Below, in pieces: positions 26,874-32,000 of a stretch of 32,000 nucleotides of DNA (its first letter is position 1; each line of letters begins with the position of its first letter). This DNA comes from Trichodesmium erythraeum IMS101 (lineage in GTDB: Bacteria; Cyanobacteriota; Cyanobacteriia; Cyanobacteriales; Microcoleaceae), in NCBI RefSeq assembly GCF_000014265.1, contig NC_008312.1:6750001-6782000 (forward strand), in the 5' to 3' direction. The notes beneath the pieces are model-generated. The model was not told the DNA's origin and did not search any database. It worked only from the letters and a program-made list of their open reading frames with translations. A program made the position numbers and the translations under genes.

Positions 26874-27123
26874 TTAAGAGGGTATCTGTAAATAAAATAT
26901 TAAATCATGGTGTAGTTCGGGTAATTTTGTACGCTTCCCCGGTTAGACTTGATAATATCTAAGATTCCTTATAACCTACTGAAGCGTAAGTTTTTAGCAG
27001 ACCTTAAGACTTATTTTATAGATACCATTAAAGTTAATAGTTTCAAACCACTTTCAAGTCAAAAGTCAATTGTAGGACTTTTGACATTCTCTTTAAAAAA
27101 TCTATCCTTTTTAAGGTTATTGT

Positions 27124-27501
27124 ATGGAAAAAAATAATAAAATACGTCAAAGTTTAACGATTAGTATAACCGTAATATTAAACATATTATTATCTAGTCC
27201 TGCTCAAGCAGAATCATTTGAAAACTTATTAAAAACTTCATTAACTCCAGCAGAGGTAGAAATACATAATATAATGGGAGATGAAAAAGCATCAGAATTA
27301 GCTCGTGATGCTTGTAAAAGTTTTGAAAAAGGTACTTCTGTAGAACAAGTTGCCAGCCAAGCAGCCATATCACTACTTCAGTTAAATTTCACACAAGAAC
27401 AATTAAAAACAGCAGCTCATTATACAGGTAAGGTGATAGCTAAAGGTGTAAATTCTTTTTGCCCAAAACATAATTTAAAGTTACAAGAACTGAAACTATA
27501 G
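27124..27501 (+). CDS. hypothetical small secreted protein
   Basis: 125-aa ORF with an ATG start and a signal-peptide-like N-terminus (KIRQSLTISITVILNILLSSPAQA/ES). The mature part has a balanced, helical-looking composition with two Cys. No family recognised. Confidence 0.55.
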   Translation: MEKNNKIRQSLTISITVILNILLSSPAQAESFENLLKTSLTPAEVEIHNIMGDEKASELARDACKSFEKGTSVEQVASQAAISLLQLNFTQEQLKTAAHYTGKVIAKGVNSFCPKHNLKLQELKL

Positions 27502-27730
27502 CGCTACGTGCAAATAAAAAGTTAAAAGTAATTTTTAACCCTGGTATTATGTGTTTAAATACTTCTCTAAAGGAAGCGAACTATTCATGTAGCTGAAGTT
27601 TTCATACCGACAACAGCCAAAAACGCAAACGAGATTGAAGCTAAGTCCATCAAAAATATATTATCATCATTTTCTTAGGAAGTCAGAATAGTTGTAGCCC
27701 GTAAACGAGCCACACAAAAAATATTAGGAA

Positions 27731-28714
27731 TTAATTAGTAGAAAAAATTCCCCGTTCTCGGAGTTGCTGCATAAAATATTCTTCCAGACTAAACCTTTCT
27801 ATATTCATAGTAATTAGTGTAGCTTTCATTAATCCCAAACTAACTAAAAATTCTTGGGGGTCTCCCTGTAAATGACCATGCCAAAAATTATTCTCAAATT
27901 CTAAATCTGGTATCCATTGTTTAAGTATCTCAAAATTACCATTTCTACCTTTAACATAACAGCAAGATTCATCTGTACTTAATATTTCTTCCATTGTACG
28001 GATACAAATTAATTCTCCTTCCGCAAGAATAGCTATTCTATCACAAATTTTCTCCACATCTGATAAAACATGACTGTTAAAAAAAATAGTCTTTCCAAGT
28101 TTATTAAGGGAAACAATAATTTCTCTAATTTGATAACGACCCATTGGATCTAAACCTGACATAGGCTCATCTAAAAAGACTAATTCTGGGTCATTAATCA
28201 AAGCTTGCGCCATGCCAACTCTTTGCAACATCCCTTTAGAATATTGACGTAGTTGCTTTCTAATAGCTGTTGATCTGGATAACCCAACTAGGTCAAGTAA
28301 CTCTGAAATTCTTTGCTTTTGTATTGATTTAGATATTTTAAATAATCCTGCTACAAACTCGAGGAATTCCCATCCAGTTAAATAGTCATAAAAATAAGGA
28401 TTTTCTGGTAAGTAGCCAATTTTTGCTTTAACTGAGCGATCGCCTATTGGTTGCCCCAACAAAAATCCCGATCCAGAGGTAGGGCGTACAATTCCTAGTA
28501 AAGTTTTGAGTAGAGTGGTTTTACCTGCACCATTCTGTCCCAAAAGTCCAAAAGTTTCCCCTTGATAAACTGTTAAATTACAGTTTTTAAGAGACTCTAT
28601 TTTTTGATTCATCCAAAAGCCAGTGCGGTATAATTTACTTAGATTAGTAGTTTCTATGACTGGCAATTTTTCTTGTATCTTTGGTTCTGTAGGAAAATTG
28701 ACAGCAGGTTCCAT
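27731..28714 (-). CDS. ABC transporter ATP-binding protein (ABC-2/CcmA-like with C-terminal extension)
   Basis: Walker A is GLLGQNGAGKTT, the signature motif is YSKGMLQRV, Walker B is LVFLDEPMSGLD and the H-loop is FFNSHVL. There is an extra C-terminal domain of about 100 aa. Confidence 0.92.
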   Translation of the reverse strand: MEPAVNFPTEPKIQEKLPVIETTNLSKLYRTGFWMNQKIESLKNCNLTVYQGETFGLLGQNGAGKTTLLKTLLGIVRPTSGSGFLLGQPIGDRSVKAKIGYLPENPYFYDYLTGWEFLEFVAGLFKISKSIQKQRISELLDLVGLSRSTAIRKQLRQYSKGMLQRVGMAQALINDPELVFLDEPMSGLDPMGRYQIREIIVSLNKLGKTIFFNSHVLSDVEKICDRIAILAEGELICIRTMEEILSTDESCCYVKGRNGNFEILKQWIPDLEFENNFWHGHLQGDPQEFLVSLGLMKATLITMNIERFSLEEYFMQQLRERGIFSTN

Positions 28715-29416
28715 AAAAGTTCAGCTTGGGTCTAAAATTTATTATTAATTATAATAAACTGATTAGTTAGATATTAGCTAGGAGGAATAGCTCAAAGGAT
28801 TCACTCAGGGAGAAAATGATCCAAGATCAGACCCTAAAATAAACAAAACCTTAAGCCCTTATTACGTTAGTTAGACGGGCTTATAACTCCAATTTTTCCT
28901 GAGCAATATATGCCCTAGCCCAGCAAATAGCAAGATTTTTTTTGGGGGAAGATTTACTTTATAAGCCCTTTCTAAGTAGAATAAACTTACTGAAGAAGAT
29001 TGATGCAATCAAAAAAAATTGCAAGTTTATTAAGTAACTCTAAATCAAATAATTCAAGCTACAAGTATATCAATCGGTTTTTGGACTTGAATTGCAGGTG
29101 ATAATAAACTTATGTCCGTGTTAAAGTAATCTAAATAGTGACAGAAAAAAAATTAATTATTAACTATAGTTTTGCTAAAACTAGTTGATTTTTATTTTTA
29201 TTTACGGGTAATGGGATACCAATTCTATTTTTAGATTGTCCAAAATCTTGTCGCTTTTTGGGAAGAGGAAATAGATAATTGACAATGGACAATAATTTTA
29301 GAGTGAATTTTTAGTTTTTTAATTTTTACAACCGTTTGATTGGGTTGCTATATGTTAAGGAAGTAAGTTAAGTAAGCAAAAAATCCCAATTTTTTCAGGA
29401 CAAAAATCAAAACATT

Positions 29417-30403
29417 ATGCTGATAATTTTAACAAGAATAGTATTTTGTGCACTATTAATTTGTATAGTTAAATCACTTTGGGACAATTCAAGTGGCGAT
29501 AAGAAAAACTTAATTTCTAAGTTGTTACTGGTATTTTCAGTTATTTTATTAATGCTGGCATTTTATGCCCCAGATAGTCCTGTGGGGGCTGCAGTTTTCA
29601 GGTTTCTGGCTTTTGCATTTAAACCACTTGGTTTTTCAATTATATTGTTGGTTTATGCAACTACTCTAATATCTGGTGGAGGCATAAAAAATCCGGCACC
29701 AGCACTGATTATTACGGCATTAATAGTTATGATAATTTCTAGTGCACCAGTATTTGCTGTATGGTCAGCTCAACAAGTAGAAGAAGATGCAATAGAGATT
29801 GTTTCTGTTTCAGCTTGTTGTGATGAAAAAGCAGATGCAATTGTATTATTAGGTCAAGGAACAACTCAACCAATAGTACCTGATAGAATACAAATTCAGC
29901 TAACTAAAACTGCGGAGCGAATTACATATGCTGCTGAGTTATATAAAAAGGGTTTAGCTCCTTATATTATTGTTAGTGCTGGTCCAAGAATTGGAGAAGA
30001 TATTAATACAATTGAAGCTGAAGATATTACAAGAGTTTTAGTTTTATTAAATGTTCCAAGAACTGCTATTATTATCGAACCTCATAGCTCGACGGTTTAT
30101 GAAAGTGCTATCGAAACTCGTGAAATACTAAATGAAAGAGGTTTAGATCCTACAGTTATTCTTGTTAGTTCTGCTATCCAAATTCGTCGTGCTAGTTTAA
30201 CTTTTACTGACATAGGTATGAAGGTTATTCCGGCTCCTACAGATTTTAACACTGTTAATCCTTATGAAAACTCTTCCTATCGTTTTGTACTAGCAGATTT
30301 TTTTCCTAATACAGAAGCTATTTCATTAACTACTGAAGTTTGGGAAGAATATTTGGCATTATTTTATTACTTCTTGCGTGGTTGGTTAGCCCCCAGTTTC
30401 TAA
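29417..30403 (+). CDS. YdcF/ElyC/SanA family (DUF218) membrane protein
   Basis: There are four N-terminal hydrophobic helices, then DUF218-like blocks (ADAIVLLGQG, YIIVSAGPR, IIIEPHSSTVYESAIETREIL, VILVSSAIQIRRA). Confidence 0.88.
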   Translation: MLIILTRIVFCALLICIVKSLWDNSSGDKKNLISKLLLVFSVILLMLAFYAPDSPVGAAVFRFLAFAFKPLGFSIILLVYATTLISGGGIKNPAPALIITALIVMIISSAPVFAVWSAQQVEEDAIEIVSVSACCDEKADAIVLLGQGTTQPIVPDRIQIQLTKTAERITYAAELYKKGLAPYIIVSAGPRIGEDINTIEAEDITRVLVLLNVPRTAIIIEPHSSTVYESAIETREILNERGLDPTVILVSSAIQIRRASLTFTDIGMKVIPAPTDFNTVNPYENSSYRFVLADFFPNTEAISLTTEVWEEYLALFYYFLRGWLAPSF

Positions 30404-30472
30404 ATTACCACCATGTAACTACTGGTTTTTGCTTTTAGTTAAAAGCTTTATTGAATTATTGAATTAAACTCT

Positions 30473-30792
30473 GCCCGATCGGGCGGGGTATTATTATCCA
30501 AGACTAAATTATACTACAAAAGCCGGGTAATATACCATTTCTCAAAAAAAAAAATTTAACGCGGGCTTTTGAGCAGAGAACTCACTCCTAACCTTCAAGA
30601 TAAACCCATCTAATTTGCTCATTCCTCCTGTATGTAGTTTTTTTTAAGTTGAATAAATACTATATGTAGAAATTTGCGAGTCAATAAATGCAATAAGCTC
30701 AAGTTTATTGATAATTTATCCCGGTTTATTGACAATATACCTTTGGCCTACACCTAAACCTGACCGTGTAAGGAAAATTACCCCGACCGGGC
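30473..30792. mobile_element. candidate MITE-like element bounded by imperfect G+C-rich inverted repeats
   Basis: The left end is GCCCGATCGGGCGGGGTATTATT (30473-30495). The reverse complement of 30774-30792 is GCCCGGTCGGGGTAATTTT, which gives an 11-nt core with one mismatch plus GGTA(T/A)T. The interior has no ORF. Support is weak. Confidence 0.2.
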
Positions 30793-31138
30793 CCTGGTAT
30801 AGTAACGACATTTAAAAATTAACACCATTCGATGGCATTCATTGTGCAGAAAGGTTATTACCTTTGTGTTAATTACTTAAATTTCTGAAGTTTGACAAAA
30901 AATTAGTATTAATTATTTGCGGTCAATTTAATCATTTCAACTAAGAATTGAATAAATGATGATAATTTAAAATTATCATCAGTTTTTTGGGGAATAAAAA
31001 ATTAACTGTTTTCCGATTTATTCAGCAAAACCTAATTAATTTATATATCTCCAAAATACTGATATTGGAATAGTTTTATAAGGGATTCATAACTTTTTGA
31101 AGTATATGTATAAATGAAAAATTTACTGTCAACCAATA

Positions 31139-31432
31139 TCAATATTCTTCAAAATACATTTTTACTGGCTCATAATTATTAGAAGATTTAGCAGTTGAAT
31201 TATTGGGAGAATTAGTAGGTAATGGTTCTGGTGATTGTTCGCTTGTATTCTCTACACTAGATGAGATTAAAAAATTAACAATAAAGATAATACCTAAAAT
31301 TATAATTGACAAAGAAATCACAAAATCTTGTCCAGGAGGTGGTTGTTTATTTGGAGGTGGTGGTGAAGGAGGAACAGGTTTAACCTTAATAGTGCCATCG
31401 TCTTCTAATGTAAGAGAAAAACGTTTACTCAT
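31139..31432 (-). CDS. hypothetical proline-rich single-pass membrane protein
   Basis: ATG at 31432 gives MSKRFSLTLEDDGTIKVKPVPPSPPPPNKQPPPGQ, then a TM helix (FVISLSIIILGIIFIVNFLI) and an S/N/P-rich tail. The track ORF starts at TTG 31456. The competing antisense ORF (31203-31499) is the Gly-rich mirror image. No family recognised. Confidence 0.4.
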   Translation of the reverse strand: MSKRFSLTLEDDGTIKVKPVPPSPPPPNKQPPPGQDFVISLSIIILGIIFIVNFLISSSVENTSEQSPEPLPTNSPNNSTAKSSNNYEPVKMYFEEY

Positions 31433-31671
31433 ATTTGTTAATCCTAATTGCGACAAATATTATAGTCAATATATTAAGATAATTGTAGTAATATTTTGAA
31501 ATTAACTTGAGACAAGATTATTTAGTATTGATACATTTACTCGTTACTTGATACATATTATTTTGATTGAAAACTAACTACCAATGTATATTAAATTGAA
31601 AATCAAGCTTGTGTCTATTGAACTATTTACAATTATAACATTATCTAAAATATAACATTACTACTACTAAT

Positions 31672-32000
31672 ATGACTCAATCTTCTCAACTACGATTCCA
31701 AAAATTAGCCTCCTACTTACGTCCTCATTGGCGAAAGTCTTTCTTAGGAATTCTCTCCCTGCTAATAGTCAATGGCTTAGGAATATATATTCCTAAATTA
31801 ATCAGTCAAGCTATAGATGATTTGGAAGTAGCAACTCAATTTAATGAATTCTTATACTATGTGGTGACAATTGTAGTTTTTGCTTCCATTATGTGGGTAA
31901 TTAGAATACTCTCTCGCATTCTCATCTTTGGAGTAGGGCGACAAGTAGAATTTGACCTTAAACAAAAGATTTTTAATCGACTTTTAAAATTAGAACCATC
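31672..32000 (+). CDS. ABC exporter (fused permease/ATPase type), N-terminal transmembrane part, runs off window
   Basis: ATG 31672 gives MTQSSQLRFQKLASYLRPHWRKSFLGILSLLIVNGLGIYIPKLISQAIDD...GVGRQVEFDLKQKIFNRLLKLEP. This is the typical start of an MsbA/MdlB-like ABC_membrane domain. It was not in the track because it is edge-truncated. Confidence 0.8.
   Translation, partial: MTQSSQLRFQKLASYLRPHWRKSFLGILSLLIVNGLGIYIPKLISQAIDDLEVATQFNEFLYYVVTIVVFASIMWVIRILSRILIFGVGRQVEFDLKQKIFNRLLKLEP

Noticed and set aside
26949-27137. Track ORF of 62 aa on the + strand
   Set aside because: It has a low-complexity K/L/F-rich translation. It overlaps the start of the better-supported 27124-27501 gene, and has no SD or family.
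31203-31499. Track ORF of 98 aa on the + strand
   Set aside because: It is the mirror image of the proline-rich minus-strand ORF: a Gly run is encoded opposite the Pro run. The minus-strand version has an ATG and a clean TM helix, so I preferred it, though neither is strongly supported.
1-32000. CRISPR arrays, tRNA/rRNA genes, retron or DGR components
   Set aside because: I scanned for regularly spaced direct repeats, for T-loop motifs of the GGTTCGAATCC type, and for reverse transcriptase ORFs. None were found. GGAGTTCAGTCCC (about 2137) and GGAGTTCAACGC (about 17241) do not sit in tRNA-like cloverleaf contexts.

Overview
This is an AT-rich cyanobacterial chromosome segment. I saw at least ten exact copies of the HIP1 octamer GCGATCGC by eye, and glgC, a UPF0182 protein, a GH13 hydrolase and DnaJ-type genes look cyanobacterial. 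Coding density is unusually low, about 65% summed from my own feature list. There are kb-scale ORF-free AT-rich spacers and at least four decayed genes: a DUF559 nuclease, TnpB, an IS607-type serine recombinase and an AAA-type kinase. This pattern is reminiscent of Trichodesmium-like genomes, which is inference only. Ordinary genes are DUF362, UPF0182, a MauE/DoxX-thioredoxin fusion, a GH13 alpha-amylase-family enzyme, glgC, a CbpA-like J-protein, an ABC ATPase, a YdcF/DUF218 protein and the 5' end of an ABC exporter. Two accessory modules stand out. (i) At 8.6-14.9 kb, two class I SAM methyltransferases, a B12-binding-like radical SAM enzyme and a KamA-family (2,3-aminomutase-like) radical SAM enzyme sit together, interrupted by a TnpB relic. 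This is a candidate beta-amino-acid or small-molecule tailoring cluster. (ii) At 17.4-22.0 kb, a leaderless S8 subtilase with an extra C-terminal domain lies convergent, 16 bp apart, with a HEAT-TM-NACHT STAND NTPase. The two 3' ends share a 19/20-nt inverted repeat that encodes the same IIDYL(N/D)A motif. I consider this pair the best candidate for an undescribed sensor/effector (possibly defence) system. I found no rRNA, tRNA or CRISPR array. All family calls come from motif recognition by eye, not from searches.
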